A stretch of 64,000 bases of DNA from Parcubacteria group bacterium (lineage in GTDB: Bacteria > Patescibacteriota > Minisyncoccia > 2-02-FULL-40-12), in NCBI GenBank assembly GCA_016186395.1, contig JACPLU010000003.1, positions 76,289 to 140,288 of the forward strand, given 5' to 3'. Positions 20,653-31,310 of the stretch are shown here, in pieces. Within the stretch, counting starts at the first letter, position 1. The number at the start of each line of letters is the position of its first letter. The notes under the pieces were generated by a model. It was given only the letters and a program-made list of their open reading frames with translations, did no database searches and was not told the origin of the DNA. The translations under genes and the position numbers were made by a program.

Positions 20653-21186
20653 TTGGCAAAGTCAAAACAAAGGAAACAAGAAGAATTAAGCGTTTTTTCT
20701 AAGAAATTAAAAGACGCAAAAATGGTTTTATTTACATCTTTTGCTGAACAGTCCAAGAAGGGGATTAATGTGGCAAATATGAGAAAGCTAAAAAGGGGAC
20801 TGCGAAACTTAGATTCAGAGTATGTGGTTATTAAAAAAACTCTGGCCAAAAAAGCATTTGATGATGTTACAAAGGATATCCAGATAGATACTAAAAAACT
20901 TTCAGGTTCGGTTGGTTTTATTTTGGGTTTTGGCGATCAAATAGCGCCGACTCAATTTATATATAAATTTTCAAGAGAAAACGAAGCATTGAAAATTTTG
21001 GGTGGTCTTTTAGACACTAAGATACTTTCAGGCAAAGAGGTTATTGAACTTGCTAAATTACCGGGTAGAGAAGTTATTTTAGCTCAACTAGCCTGTACAA
21101 TTAAAGCACCGTTACAGGGTTTGCATAATGTATTACAAGCCAATCTAAAGAATCTTGTTGTGGTTTTGGGTCAAATTAGAAAATAA
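20653..21186 (+). CDS. rplJ: 50S ribosomal protein L10
   Basis: Likely TTG start (AKSKQRK); VIKKTL and LAKLPGREV motifs. Confidence 0.93.
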   Translation: MAKSKQRKQEELSVFSKKLKDAKMVLFTSFAEQSKKGINVANMRKLKRGLRNLDSEYVVIKKTLAKKAFDDVTKDIQIDTKKLSGSVGFILGFGDQIAPTQFIYKFSRENEALKILGGLLDTKILSGKEVIELAKLPGREVILAQLACTIKAPLQGLHNVLQANLKNLVVVLGQIRK

Positions 21187-21187
21187 T

Positions 21188-21267
21188 CCGATTCTAATAT
21201 ACGAATTAATGCGAATGATACGAATAATATTTGTATAATTAGTATGTATTAGTATATTGGTATCGCG
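21188..21267. mobile_element. Second empty copy of the GxxExxY cassette ends
   Basis: Homologous to 6512-6591 and to the ends of 41422-41870. Confidence 0.72.
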
Positions 21268-21272
21268 AATAA

Positions 21273-21653
21273 ATGGATGAAAAATTTAATGATCTTTTAT
21301 CAAAGATTGAATCAATGACAGTATTAGAGCTTTCACAGTTTGTTAAAGCTCTTGAAGAAAAGTTCGGCGTATCTGCCGCGGCATTTACTATGCCAATGGC
21401 TGGTGGCGGAGGCGCATCAGAAGATGTTAAGGCAGAAGAAAAATCTACTTTCAATGTAGTCTTAAATTCTACAGGTGATAATAAAATTCAGGTCATTAAG
21501 ACAGTTAAAGAAGTTACTGGTCTTGGTCTGAAGGAAGCTAAGGATTTAGTTGACGGAGCACCTAAGGCCGTAAGGGAGAACGTTTCAAAGACCGAGGCAG
21601 ATGAGGTAAAATCAAAATTGGAAGCCGCTGGAGCGAGTGTGGAACTTAAATAG
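21273..21653 (+). CDS. rplL: 50S ribosomal protein L7/L12
   Basis: [21 protein letters not shown] motifs. Confidence 0.98.
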   Translation: MDEKFNDLLSKIESMTVLELSQFVKALEEKFGVSAAAFTMPMAGGGGASEDVKAEEKSTFNVVLNSTGDNKIQVIKTVKEVTGLGLKEAKDLVDGAPKAVRENVSKTEADEVKSKLEAAGASVELK

Positions 21654-21740
21654 AATATTTAAGCGAGACCCTGAGGTACTCGAAGAGTTAAACTCAAGTA
21701 GTTACGACATAATCTAAAAAAGAATCCTTTGGGGTCTTTT

Positions 21741-23654
21741 TTAGATTTCTATAGTCAGTTTCCAAAGTTTTTCTTTAGAGAGAATATAAATATTTTTTGT
21801 TAGTGGATCAAAGTATGTGTTGAGAATTTCGCCTGTGTCAGATAAATCCCAGGTTCTTTGTAGTATACCAGTTGAATTCATTAGTCTCGCCTTTTTTTGT
21901 TCTCTGTCAACTAAAATGAAGTCTGCGCCGATTGGATAGAGGACGCTGTTGTTTGAATAACTGAAATCTACTGGTCTGTCATCTATTTTGTCTCCTTTAA
22001 AGTAGCGGAGTAAACGACCGTCTTTTGTTAGAACAAATATATTTTGATCAACAGTGAAAGATACTGCGTCGAATTCACCTTCGTTCTTAAGCCATTTTTG
22101 TTGTTGAGTCTGCCCTTTGGTGACATCAGATACTTTGGAAATAGTGGAAGTTAAGATATAAACATTTTCTTGATAAAAGCGCATGTCTCTGGGAATCTCG
22201 TTGCTTGTTATAGTTAAAGAAGAGATGGTTTTTTGGGCAGGACTTACTTTCCAGAAAAGTTTTTGCCCATCATAAAAGTATAACAATTTATCATAAATAG
22301 CTGATATTTTTATAGGGTTTTCAAGGTTAATTTTCAAAAGATCATTAAATTTTTGTGACGTTGAATCAAGTTTTTTTATCAACCCGTCTAATCCTAACAT
22401 GAAGGTTCCGTCTTCATTGGATAGAGTGAGACCTTCACTGATTGGTTCGGGAAGTTCTGCGATGAGCTCCGGCTTTTTAGAGTCAAAGAATTCTGTAGCC
22501 ACAACTTTTTCTTGTACGGAATTAATTAAATTGATTTTTTCTTCGCCGTCATTAATTCCGAAAGCGGCTGTGAGTGCTTGACCTAAATACTCCCGTGCTT
22601 TTTTGTTATTACCCAAAGCTATTTCTGACTCGGAAAGTTTTACGATTTCTTCTATCTTGGCTGTGGCTTTTTTTAGATCTGCTTTTTTTTGTTGGCTTGA
22701 GATTAGCCCTCTAACGCTGAAGAATACTATTATTACTATAAGTATTCCTAAGCCCATTAATGTCCTTTTTCCAGGAATACGTAGTTTTTTTGTTGAAAAG
22801 GGCATTGTTCTTGCTAGTGAGGCGCCTAATTTTTTAAAAAGGTCTTTTTTAGGAATTCTTGATATTTCTGCAGGATTTGGAGTTGCCAGGTCCATAATAG
22901 TTGGGGGTTCCTTTTTTTCTTCTTTGGTCAAAAGTACCTGTGGTTGATCCGGTGCTGGTATTATTTCTTTTTCTTCTTTTGATAGATTGATATGTATTGC
23001 ACAACAGGTGAGAGGACTTTTGGTAGCATCTTCTTCCGGCTGGTTTAGATTTTTAATATATTCAAAAAATTCTTCCTGGCCCATTTTTACAAGTGAAGCC
23101 TTAAGAGAGTTTTCGCGGGCGCTTAGGCGGCGGTTGGGTATAAAGAATAAAAGTTTATCGCTTTCTTGTATTTTCCCGGAAATGATATTTGAAAACTCTC
23201 TTTCACCGGTTGTAGTTTTTCCGAATAGATCAACGTTTGAAAATACATCGGTTGTATTTCCTTCTCTTGCGAGAAGAAGTTTGGCCCGTCCGACGCGCGA
23301 AGTCATTAGTTTATCGCCTGCTAAAACTGTAATGGCCATATTGAGTTTAACATTATTATTTTCTGCAAGGTCGAAGGTTAGTTCATTGGCCTTTTTTAGC
23401 GCTCTTTCAAATTGGGTTTGAGGGTCTGGGTCGTCTCCGGCGGTTTCAAAATATTCTCTTTTAAGAAAAGAAGCCAGAAGGTTTGGGACATAAGAAAGAG
23501 CTTCGTCATCGGTCAGCACTTGAGCTACAACAAATAGGTGGCCCAATTCAGGGTTTTTGTCAAAAGGATAGTGAAAGACCTCAAAAAAGGTGGTGTCTGA
23601 TTTTGGGCCAATAAGGATTTCTCGAGCTATTGGAGAAAGAAAGTTTTTAGTCAT
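21741..23654 (-). CDS. Membrane protein: PP2C-like N-terminus, TM helix, beta-propeller-like C-terminus
   Basis: Domain layout inferred from motifs (GHLFVV, SRVGRAKLLLAR, SGKIQESDKLL) and a TM helix near residue 300. Confidence 0.6.
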   Translation of the reverse strand: MTKNFLSPIAREILIGPKSDTTFFEVFHYPFDKNPELGHLFVVAQVLTDDEALSYVPNLLASFLKREYFETAGDDPDPQTQFERALKKANELTFDLAENNNVKLNMAITVLAGDKLMTSRVGRAKLLLAREGNTTDVFSNVDLFGKTTTGEREFSNIISGKIQESDKLLFFIPNRRLSARENSLKASLVKMGQEEFFEYIKNLNQPEEDATKSPLTCCAIHINLSKEEKEIIPAPDQPQVLLTKEEKKEPPTIMDLATPNPAEISRIPKKDLFKKLGASLARTMPFSTKKLRIPGKRTLMGLGILIVIIVFFSVRGLISSQQKKADLKKATAKIEEIVKLSESEIALGNNKKAREYLGQALTAAFGINDGEEKINLINSVQEKVVATEFFDSKKPELIAELPEPISEGLTLSNEDGTFMLGLDGLIKKLDSTSQKFNDLLKINLENPIKISAIYDKLLYFYDGQKLFWKVSPAQKTISSLTITSNEIPRDMRFYQENVYILTSTISKVSDVTKGQTQQQKWLKNEGEFDAVSFTVDQNIFVLTKDGRLLRYFKGDKIDDRPVDFSYSNNSVLYPIGADFILVDREQKKARLMNSTGILQRTWDLSDTGEILNTYFDPLTKNIYILSKEKLWKLTIEI

Positions 23655-23702
23655 GCGAAATTAGTTGCAATTTCTGCCTCTTTTATTATATAGTAGGCTC
23701 AA

Positions 23703-24565
23703 ATGGCTAAGCAAGTTCTCGAAGGTTTATTTGATTCTAAGGTTCGGGTTAGGGTTTTGCGTTTCTTATTCCGTAATTTCCCGGGTTTTTTTACCGTTAT
23801 AGCTATTGCTAGGCACTCACAATCTAGTACAAGAGAGGTAAAACGAGAATTGGCAAGATTGGGAGAAATTGGTCTTGTAAAGATTAAGACCCTAAAAGTT
23901 AGAAGCTCAAGATAACTAAGCTTCTGAATTCAACTATGATAAAAATTAAATCAAAACGCAAGAGGAAAACTCGAATCAACAAATTATCTTCTAAAAGAAG
24001 GAAGTTCAGAAAGTTAAGAAAAAACAAAATGCATTCAAGAAAAGTCAGAAAAGGAAAAGTAAAAAACAAAAAGAAACAGTTGAAAATACAGAGATTGTTG
24101 AAAAAAGAAAGTTTCAAAAGAGTTAAACCAAAGAAATCTAAAAAAAGACGTATCAAATTTAAAAAGAAAATAAGTTTTAAATCTATTTCTCGTTATGGGC
24201 TAAATTCAAATTTTATATTTTTCGATGAATTAAGAAATTTAGTTCTCAAATCATCGCCTTCTTCAAGAAGCAAAATGATTAAAAGAATTACAAGTTTAGG
24301 CAGAGTAAAGCTTGCAGTTGTGTCTGGGATATTTTTAAATCTTGAAACTCCTGCAGCCGCTGATCTTTTAGTCGTTGGGGAGGATATAGATAGAAGGAGA
24401 CTAAGAACCTTTCTTAGAGATTTAGAGTCTGAAGTTGGTACAGAAGTTGCTTTCTCTTTAATGGATGGAGAAGAATTTGAATATCGTCGTCGGATGTTTG
24501 ATCGATTTTTACGTGTACTATTAGAGGGTCCACATGAAGTGTTAATAGATAAGATTGGTCTTTAA
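23703..24565 (+). pseudogene. wHTH plus nucleotidyltransferase-like protein split by a frameshift, with a long Lys/Arg-rich linker
   Basis: ORF1 (LFDSKVRVRVLRFLF) and ORF2 (KLAVVSGIF..DLLVVG..EFEYRRRMFD) look like halves of one protein; the two frames are both open at 23903-23912. Confidence 0.55.
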
Positions 24566-24573
24566 TATTATTT

Positions 24574-24645
24574 GCACCCTTAGCTCAGTGGTAGAGCGTT
24601 CGATTCACATTCGAAAGGCCGTAGGTCCAATCCCTACAGGGTGCA
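24574..24645 (+). tRNA. tRNA-Val(CAC)
   Basis: GCACCCT/AGGGTGC acceptor stem, TTCGA-TTCACAT-TCGAA anticodon arm; atypical TCCAATC T-loop. Confidence 0.9.
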
Positions 24646-24865
24646 TCACGTAGTTTTTTGTAACGTGGTACAGATTGTATGTAGTCCGCCAAGATACCGG
24701 CGGACATGTCCTACCTGATTTTTTAACAGCAGGCCGTGCTTACGCACAGGGCCAGTCTAAAATCAGGGATCAAAACAAAGCAGTTTGTTTTGATCGCTTA
24801 GTGCGCCCACTAAAAAGGAATTTTGTTAGTTTTTATCTGGACAATGTTAGAGTTATAATTTAGCT

Positions 24866-25564
24866 ATGGCTAGAAGAGATAAATTTAAAGAGACTCTAGA
24901 ATTTAATGCTTCTGAAACTAGAAGGTTTCAAATACAAGAGTCGGAAGATAGTTTTAGAGAATTGTTAGCTGAACATCTTAGAGTGCCATCTGATCGGCAA
25001 GATTTGATTAATTTGTCACATGGATTATTGGAACTTGCGAAAAGTATAGACCGGATAATAGATTATTTACAAAGAAAATTTACACTTATTTTAAAACACA
25101 ATGGTTTAGCTTTTTGGATTTATAAGAATACGCTTAGAGAAAATGAAATTATTATGCCGGATGGTCTGCGTCTTTTTGAGAGCCTTCAGTCCGATCTTAA
25201 AGACGGCGTTTTAGATGACCTTTTTGATGGTTGGCCAAGAGGAGGAGAGGCTAAAATATTAGGGTGGATTAAACATGCTTATATTGAAGAAAATTTAAAG
25301 CATTTATTTAGATATTTGTTACAGTCAGGAGTCAAATTTAGAGAATTACAAATTGTTAAAGACAGTTTGGAAAGAGAATTTGCTATATATATTGAATTCC
25401 AGCCTGATAAAAAAACAGTAGATACAACGCTTAAATTTGTTGAGAAAGAAACTAAGGAAAGTCAGGATGGAATTGAATCCCGACCTCGACCCAATAAACG
25501 AGAGGTAGACAAAATCCTAAAACTTGTTGAAAAAGAAACTAAAAATAGTGAAGATGCAAGCTGA
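24866..25564 (+). CDS. Hypothetical protein with a duplicated C-terminal 17-mer
   Basis: VDTTLKFVEKETKESQD / VDKILKLVEKETKNSED. Confidence 0.6.
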   Translation: MARRDKFKETLEFNASETRRFQIQESEDSFRELLAEHLRVPSDRQDLINLSHGLLELAKSIDRIIDYLQRKFTLILKHNGLAFWIYKNTLRENEIIMPDGLRLFESLQSDLKDGVLDDLFDGWPRGGEAKILGWIKHAYIEENLKHLFRYLLQSGVKFRELQIVKDSLEREFAIYIEFQPDKKTVDTTLKFVEKETKESQDGIESRPRPNKREVDKILKLVEKETKNSEDAS

Positions 25565-25605
25565 ACTGATTTGAAAAATATATTTAAATGTGAGAAGATG
25601 ACGCC

Positions 25606-26766
25606 ATGAAAAGTCTTATTATTGTAGTTTTAGTTCTCTTGGGCTTAGGTACTGGTGTTTATTTACTCTCAACTTCTAAAACCAGTACTACTGTTACACC
25701 GGAAGCCACAATCTCTAATAATGACGGGTCAGGTTTATCTGATCTTATTGTTTTAGCATCAGAAGTTTTTATTAAGAACCCGGGAGATGCAGATTTTGTA
25801 AGGATTGAAAAGCAGGCCAAAATTAAAGAGGGTAGCGAGATTAAAACTTCTTCAACTGGCCGTGCTACTGTTCGTTTCCCAAATGGAACAATTTCTAATC
25901 TTACAAGGGATACCAGTATAATTTTAAAAGAACTTTCTACTGATGGTAATAAATCAAGAATTCAGATTTTAGCCGGTGGCATATGGTCAAAGATAGAAAA
26001 TATTTTAGGAAAAGGTGACGTGTATGAAATTGAGACAGAAAATATGGTGGCTTCGGTTAGGGGGACAATTTTTGCTTCTAAACTTATTGATCACATTTCC
26101 TCTATTTACGTGCTTGAGAATAAAGTTGGAGTAAAAGTTAAAAATCCAAAAACGAATGAAATACTTGAAGACGTTTTTAATTTTATTCAAGTTGAAGAAG
26201 GCGAAAAAACTTCAGTTAATACAAATAAACTTCCCACTAAAGCCAATCCCCTTAAAAAATCTTTAATTACAAAAGATGATCTTGATCAGGAATTGATTAA
26301 AGAAAATTTGGGAGGAGAATATCTTGAACGCGAGTCAATTCAAAAACTTTTTTTGAAATTAATTCAGGCCATAAGTCCAAATCCAACATCATCAAATAAC
26401 ACACTTAAGCCTTTAACCAGTTCCAGTGTTACCAGTTCACCATCTTCGGTCTTAATTCAGCCAGTTTCTACTCCAACCCCCACCCCCACCCCTGTTCCTA
26501 AGCCAGAGTCAACCATAGAGTCGGTTACCCCTGACATGATTGAGGCGTCAAGCGCTAGTGGGGCGGAGCTTGCCGTAAACGGCAGTAATCTTTTTGGGAC
26601 AAAAAAAGTTTTGTTAAATCAAATCAGTCTTGATTTTTTTGTTGTTGATACTTCTACAATTTTTGCTTCTCTGCCGGAAAATGTTGAGCCTGGCGTTTAT
26701 GATGTTTCAATTGTAACTTCTTCCAATAAAACATTAACTCTAAATCAAGCCCTCCAGGTTAGATGA
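25606..26766 (+). CDS. FecR-domain protein with PT linker and IPT/TIG domain
   Basis: N-terminal TM; IETENMVASVRGT; TPTPTP linker; IESVTP..VNGSNL. Confidence 0.85.
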   Translation: MKSLIIVVLVLLGLGTGVYLLSTSKTSTTVTPEATISNNDGSGLSDLIVLASEVFIKNPGDADFVRIEKQAKIKEGSEIKTSSTGRATVRFPNGTISNLTRDTSIILKELSTDGNKSRIQILAGGIWSKIENILGKGDVYEIETENMVASVRGTIFASKLIDHISSIYVLENKVGVKVKNPKTNEILEDVFNFIQVEEGEKTSVNTNKLPTKANPLKKSLITKDDLDQELIKENLGGEYLERESIQKLFLKLIQAISPNPTSSNNTLKPLTSSSVTSSPSSVLIQPVSTPTPTPTPVPKPESTIESVTPDMIEASSASGAELAVNGSNLFGTKKVLLNQISLDFFVVDTSTIFASLPENVEPGVYDVSIVTSSNKTLTLNQALQVR

Positions 26767-28709
26767 AATTAAAAAACAAAAAGCCAGCTTTTTTGATTGG
26801 ACTTTTTGTTGCGATATTGCTTAGCGCCATGTTTTTGGCAGGATTTTTGATGCCTTGGAGGGAAAAGTTGATTGATCTTTTATTTTCTAAACAAATGCCG
26901 CCGGATAACATTGTTCTTTTGGCGATAGACGATGAAAGTATCAGTAAAATTGGTCAATGGCCGTGGCCTCGTAAAGTTTTCGGAGAAATAATTCAAAAGC
27001 TGGGTTCAGCAGCGGTTATAGGTATAGATGTAAATTTTAAAGAACCGTCTTCTTTGGGCATTGAAGATGATTTAATTTTTTCTGAATCTTTAAAAAAGGC
27101 TTCAAAGTCTGTGGTTTTGTCTGCTCCTATAAATCAGGAAGGTGATATTGGTTATCCTATTAAGTTGCTAGCGGACGTTACCAGACAAGGATTTACAAAT
27201 ATTGATACTAGTTACGATGGCATAGCCAGAAGATTCAGGTTGAATATAAATAATTTAGACAGTTTTGCGTTTCAAGTTCATAAGTTATACGAAGAAAAGA
27301 TAAATAATACAGTACCAAGATTTTCTCAAGAAATGATACGCATTAAATATTATGGTTCTTCTGGTACATTTCAATCATTTTCTTTTTACGATATTTATAA
27401 AGATAAATTACCTGTTGAACTTTCAGAAGACATTTTTAAAGATAGAATCGTTTTAATTGGTGCAACAGCTCCGGATTTACACGATTATCATCAAACTCCG
27501 ATTGGAACTTTAAGCGGGGTTGAATTGCAGGCAAATGCAATTTCTACTCTAATTGAAGGAGCTATTTTTAGAACCAACAAACCGTTAGATTTATTTTTAA
27601 TAATATTTCTAGCTTTTCTTACTGTAACTTTAAGTTTTTATATTAAAAAGTTTTTTTCTTTAATTTTAAGTATTTTGGTTCTTCTAATAATCTTTAACTC
27701 GGCTATATTCCTATTGTTTGACGCATTTTTAATTGTTGATCTTCTTTATCCAAACGTTGCAATTATTTTGACTTTAGCGATTAGCGTGGTTTATCAGTAC
27801 TTTTCGACCAGAAAAGAAAAAAAACTTATTCAAGACTCTTTTTCTCGCTATCTTTCGCCGGTAGTTATAGACCAGATTCTTGAAGATCCGAGTAAATTAC
27901 GTTTAGGGGGTGAAAAAAGAGAATTAACTATTTTATTTTCGGATATCAGGAATTTTACAACTATTTCGGAATCTATGGATCCGGAGAGATTAACTCATTT
28001 TTTGAATCGTTATTTAACCGCAATGACGGAAATAGTTTTAGAAAATAACGGCTTGATAGATAAATATATTGGAGATGCAATCATGGCTTTTTGGGGCGCG
28101 CCTCTTTCAGACAAAGATCATATTTTAAATGCTCTTTTAACAGCAAAGAGAATGATTGATAAGCTGGAAGAGTTTAATCGTCAGAGTAAAGAAAAAAATG
28201 AACCAGAGATTCAAATAGGAATAGGAATTAATTCTGGACTTGCGACGGTCGGTAACTTGGGATCGGAAAACCGTTTTGACTATACGGCTATAGGGGATAG
28301 TGTAAATCTGGCTTCCCGATTGGAGGGATTAAATAAATTTTATGGAACTTCAATTATTGTAAGCGGAGCAACTTTTCAAGTTATTAGTCAGGTTCAAAAA
28401 ACAAATCACCGTTTACTATTTAGAGAAATTGATACCGTAAAAGTGAAAGGGAAAAAAGAAGCGATTAAAATTTTTGAGTTGATACCGGAAGCTAAACAAG
28501 AAAAAACGATTTCCATTATTAGTATTTTTGAAGCTGGTCTGAACTTTTATTATGAAGGTAGATGGCAGGAAGCAGTAGAAAACTTTAATCGTGTTTTAAA
28601 TAATCTTTCCGATGATGAACCGTCAATATTGCTTAAACAAAGATGTGAAGAATTTAGCAATAACCAACCTCAAAATTGGCAAGGGGTATTTGAACTGACA
28701 AATAAATAG
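26763..28709 (+). CDS. CHASE2-domain class III adenylate/guanylate cyclase
   Basis: IDDESISKIGQWPWPR, GVELQAN, LFSDIRNFT, DKYIGDA and GDSVNLASRLE motifs. Confidence 0.95.
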   Translation: MKLKNKKPAFLIGLFVAILLSAMFLAGFLMPWREKLIDLLFSKQMPPDNIVLLAIDDESISKIGQWPWPRKVFGEIIQKLGSAAVIGIDVNFKEPSSLGIEDDLIFSESLKKASKSVVLSAPINQEGDIGYPIKLLADVTRQGFTNIDTSYDGIARRFRLNINNLDSFAFQVHKLYEEKINNTVPRFSQEMIRIKYYGSSGTFQSFSFYDIYKDKLPVELSEDIFKDRIVLIGATAPDLHDYHQTPIGTLSGVELQANAISTLIEGAIFRTNKPLDLFLIIFLAFLTVTLSFYIKKFFSLILSILVLLIIFNSAIFLLFDAFLIVDLLYPNVAIILTLAISVVYQYFSTRKEKKLIQDSFSRYLSPVVIDQILEDPSKLRLGGEKRELTILFSDIRNFTTISESMDPERLTHFLNRYLTAMTEIVLENNGLIDKYIGDAIMAFWGAPLSDKDHILNALLTAKRMIDKLEEFNRQSKEKNEPEIQIGIGINSGLATVGNLGSENRFDYTAIGDSVNLASRLEGLNKFYGTSIIVSGATFQVISQVQKTNHRLLFREIDTVKVKGKKEAIKIFELIPEAKQEKTISIISIFEAGLNFYYEGRWQEAVENFNRVLNNLSDDEPSILLKQRCEEFSNNQPQNWQGVFELTNK

Positions 28710-28763
28710 CTTAGCTTAAGATATGGGTGGTCTTTTTAGTATCTCAAGTCGGAGTTATTTGAT

Positions 28764-28902
28764 TGTGCTTGGCTTCTATGCATATTCGGCACGCAATTTT
28801 TCTCCAGCGTGAAAAATTGTTAAGTGAGAGTTTACTTTTCGCCTTTGGCGAACCATGCAAAGTAAACTCTCAATTACCTTATATGCATAGTAGCCAAGCG
28901 CA
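28764..28902 (-). ncRNA. Three-way-junction structured element, copy 1
   Basis: Minus strand: P1-AAT-P2(bulge TGCATGG)-CTTA-P3(loop CGCTGGA)-GT-P1'. Confidence 0.6.
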
Positions 28903-28984
28903 GTTACTATTTGCGTTGACAGAATACCTCTAATCTGTTAATCTTTTATCGTTCCTTACAAATAGATTCTAATAGGAGGCCCGC

Positions 28985-29554
28985 GTGCGATCAGATGACG
29001 ATAAACTCGGGGTTTTGGTTTGCGGTTATGGGACGGATCTAACAGCTAATGGGTATTATTTATACTTTATCTTGTTTGAACTGATAAAGTTATCCAAACA
29101 ACACAAAGAAATAGTGGTTATTGCGAGTGGCGGGGAAACAAATAAAAAGTCTAGACCCGGTAAAACCGAAGCCGACATGATAGCAGATTATCTGGATAAA
29201 AATTTAGTATATCATGGGATAAATAATGTAAAGATTCTTAGAGAAAGAATTGCTTATACAATAAGGCAGAATCTGGAAGAATCTTCTCATGGTTTTAAAT
29301 TTGAATTTAGAATGCGGCATTTGCCAAGAAATATCGTTGTAATTTGTAAACAGAGTCATGTTCTGAAGGTGAAATTATTATCAAGTGCACTGTGGGGATT
29401 TATACCTAGGATAATTCATTTTGAGGAAAGGCTTAACTTTAAGGAGACTATAAAACAAAAGATTGCCGCATTTTTATCTTTAGCCGGAGTTTGGATACCC
29501 CCGATAGCCAATATGGAATTGGAACGAAAAGAAAGAATTATTAACGAATCATAA
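28985..29554 (+). CDS. DUF218/YdcF-like protein
   Basis: VLVCG, IASGG..TEADMIADYL, T..NL motifs. Confidence 0.65.
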   Translation: MRSDDDKLGVLVCGYGTDLTANGYYLYFILFELIKLSKQHKEIVVIASGGETNKKSRPGKTEADMIADYLDKNLVYHGINNVKILRERIAYTIRQNLEESSHGFKFEFRMRHLPRNIVVICKQSHVLKVKLLSSALWGFIPRIIHFEERLNFKETIKQKIAAFLSLAGVWIPPIANMELERKERIINES

Positions 29555-29567
29555 AAAGGAGGAATTT

Positions 29568-30650
29568 ATGCAAGAACAAGTTTTAAGAGAAGGACTAGAA
29601 ATACTACAAAAAGATTCTGGATTTAGAACTAATAATCAGCCAGCTTATTTGGTTAAATCCGGTCCTGACAACTATAGAGCTTTGATACAAGATGGTTTTT
29701 GCAATGGACCCGAAGGCACGGAATTGTGTATAAAGTTATATTTAAGTTGCAATGAGTTAGAGGGAATAAATTTTACTGAAGTAGCTAAACAACATAGATT
29801 TTATAACCAATCTATTAGTCCCGTTAGTTACAAAGATTTAGTGGTCAGGTATCCGATTGTGTATAACGACGGTATTATGGTTAGACGTGATGTAATGTTT
29901 ACCTGGATGATAGAGCAAAGAATACCAGAAGGTTTAAGGCTGTTGCTTAATTATCCGGATTCCACTTTGGAAGAAAAAGTTCGGGTTGCAAAAGTTTATT
30001 GGCACACGGCGGTAAACTTTCCTCAAGTTTTTGAAACAGACCCTAGCGAGGCAACTACTGCCCAGGGTTATTTTATGGGGAAACTTAGAGAGTGGACTAA
30101 AATTGGAGAATATATAGCGCCCGAAGTTACAAAAAGAAGAGGTATGGTTCAAAAAGGAATTTTAAATAATATTGAAAGCCTGCCAATGTTTTGGTTCTTT
30201 AGATTGTTTCAAAATACCGACATAATTTTAGCTGACAACCGTGGTTATATGCTTGATTTTTACCCAGCACTTAAGCCAAAATACTTTGGAATTGCATGTT
30301 GGCTATGGGGCTGGTCGCTTTTTTGGTCAGTCAATAACAAGCTTAATCAACTCGGTATTTTGAACGAATGGGAATTGGAATTTGATAGTTGGATAAATAT
30401 CTTTTTTGGAGTTCAATTAGAGATAGCTAGAATAAGTACTGGGAATTTGCCGGTTTTTGAGGAAAATTATTTTAGATTCAGAAGGTTAATTTGGGCTAAT
30501 TTTTTGGAAAGAGTCTATGCTACCTTATGTGTTGATTTGCCGCTTAGGCGTTCACCATTTAATGATATAAATGATGATCAGGTTCGGAGTGTTCAAGAGT
30601 TTTGGCTTTCTATATTAAATAATGTTCTATTCAAATTGGGAGTTTCATAA
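29568..30650 (+). CDS. Hypothetical protein, possibly a degenerate kinase-like fold
   Basis: Strong RBS AAGGAGG; weak CIKLY and NTDII..YMLDF motifs. Confidence 0.5.
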   Translation: MQEQVLREGLEILQKDSGFRTNNQPAYLVKSGPDNYRALIQDGFCNGPEGTELCIKLYLSCNELEGINFTEVAKQHRFYNQSISPVSYKDLVVRYPIVYNDGIMVRRDVMFTWMIEQRIPEGLRLLLNYPDSTLEEKVRVAKVYWHTAVNFPQVFETDPSEATTAQGYFMGKLREWTKIGEYIAPEVTKRRGMVQKGILNNIESLPMFWFFRLFQNTDIILADNRGYMLDFYPALKPKYFGIACWLWGWSLFWSVNNKLNQLGILNEWELEFDSWINIFFGVQLEIARISTGNLPVFEENYFRFRRLIWANFLERVYATLCVDLPLRRSPFNDINDDQVRSVQEFWLSILNNVLFKLGVS

Positions 30651-30783
30651 TTAAGATTGTAGAATAAAGTCAGAATAGTAATTGTGCATAAACTGTTTAT
30701 CACTTGTTGGTTTCAAATAGTCTATCGGCTTAAATGGCCGATTTTTTGTTTATCTAAAAAAAGTGTTGCGTAGAGTACGCTAA

Positions 30784-30830
30784 GTGGTATAGAATAACAC
30801 TGTGGTGGTAAGAAGTGGATGTATTTGTGG
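30784..30830 (+). promoter_or_regulatory. Putative MraZ operator (GTGG repeats)
   Basis: GTGG at 30784, 30802, 30805, 30815 and 30827 upstream of mraZ. Confidence 0.5.
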
Positions 30831-30875
30831 ATAACTAAGTAAAAAAGTTGATAAATCCCAAATAGAAAATGACAA

Positions 30876-31310
30876 ATGTTAATAGGAGAATTTATTCATT
30901 CTATAGATGTAAAGAAAAGGTTGGCCATACCTGCTCGTTTGAGAAAAGAAATAGGAGAGCGGTCTTTTTTAACAAAAGGATTAGACAAATGTTTGTTTTT
31001 GCATCCAGCTAAAGAATGGGAAGGGTTTACGGATAAACTTACTTCTTTATCTGTTGGTCAATCCGATACCAGGAGTTTGGTGAGACAATTTTTAGCGGGA
31101 GCAGTAGAAGTAGAATTTGATGGCTTGGGAAGAATTTTGATTCCTGACTATTTAAAAGAATTTGCCGAGTTGAAAAAGAATATAGCGATAGTCGGCGTGC
31201 TGAACAGATTAGAGATTTGGGATTTAGATAATTGGAATAAATACAAAATTAATGCTGACAAAAATGCAGAAATGATCGCAGAAAAATTAGGAGAATTAGG
31301 ACTCATATAA
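30876..31310 (+). CDS. mraZ: Transcriptional regulator MraZ
   Basis: MLIGEFIHSIDVKKRLAIP and DGLGRILIP motifs. Confidence 0.96.
   Translation: MLIGEFIHSIDVKKRLAIPARLRKEIGERSFLTKGLDKCLFLHPAKEWEGFTDKLTSLSVGQSDTRSLVRQFLAGAVEVEFDGLGRILIPDYLKEFAELKKNIAIVGVLNRLEIWDLDNWNKYKINADKNAEMIAEKLGELGLI

Noticed and set aside
30680-30860. oriC suggested by DnaA-box-like words upstream of mraZ
   Set aside because: Only one perfect box (TGTGGATAA) and a few weak ones; dnaA is not nearby; the GTGG repeats fit a MraZ operator better.
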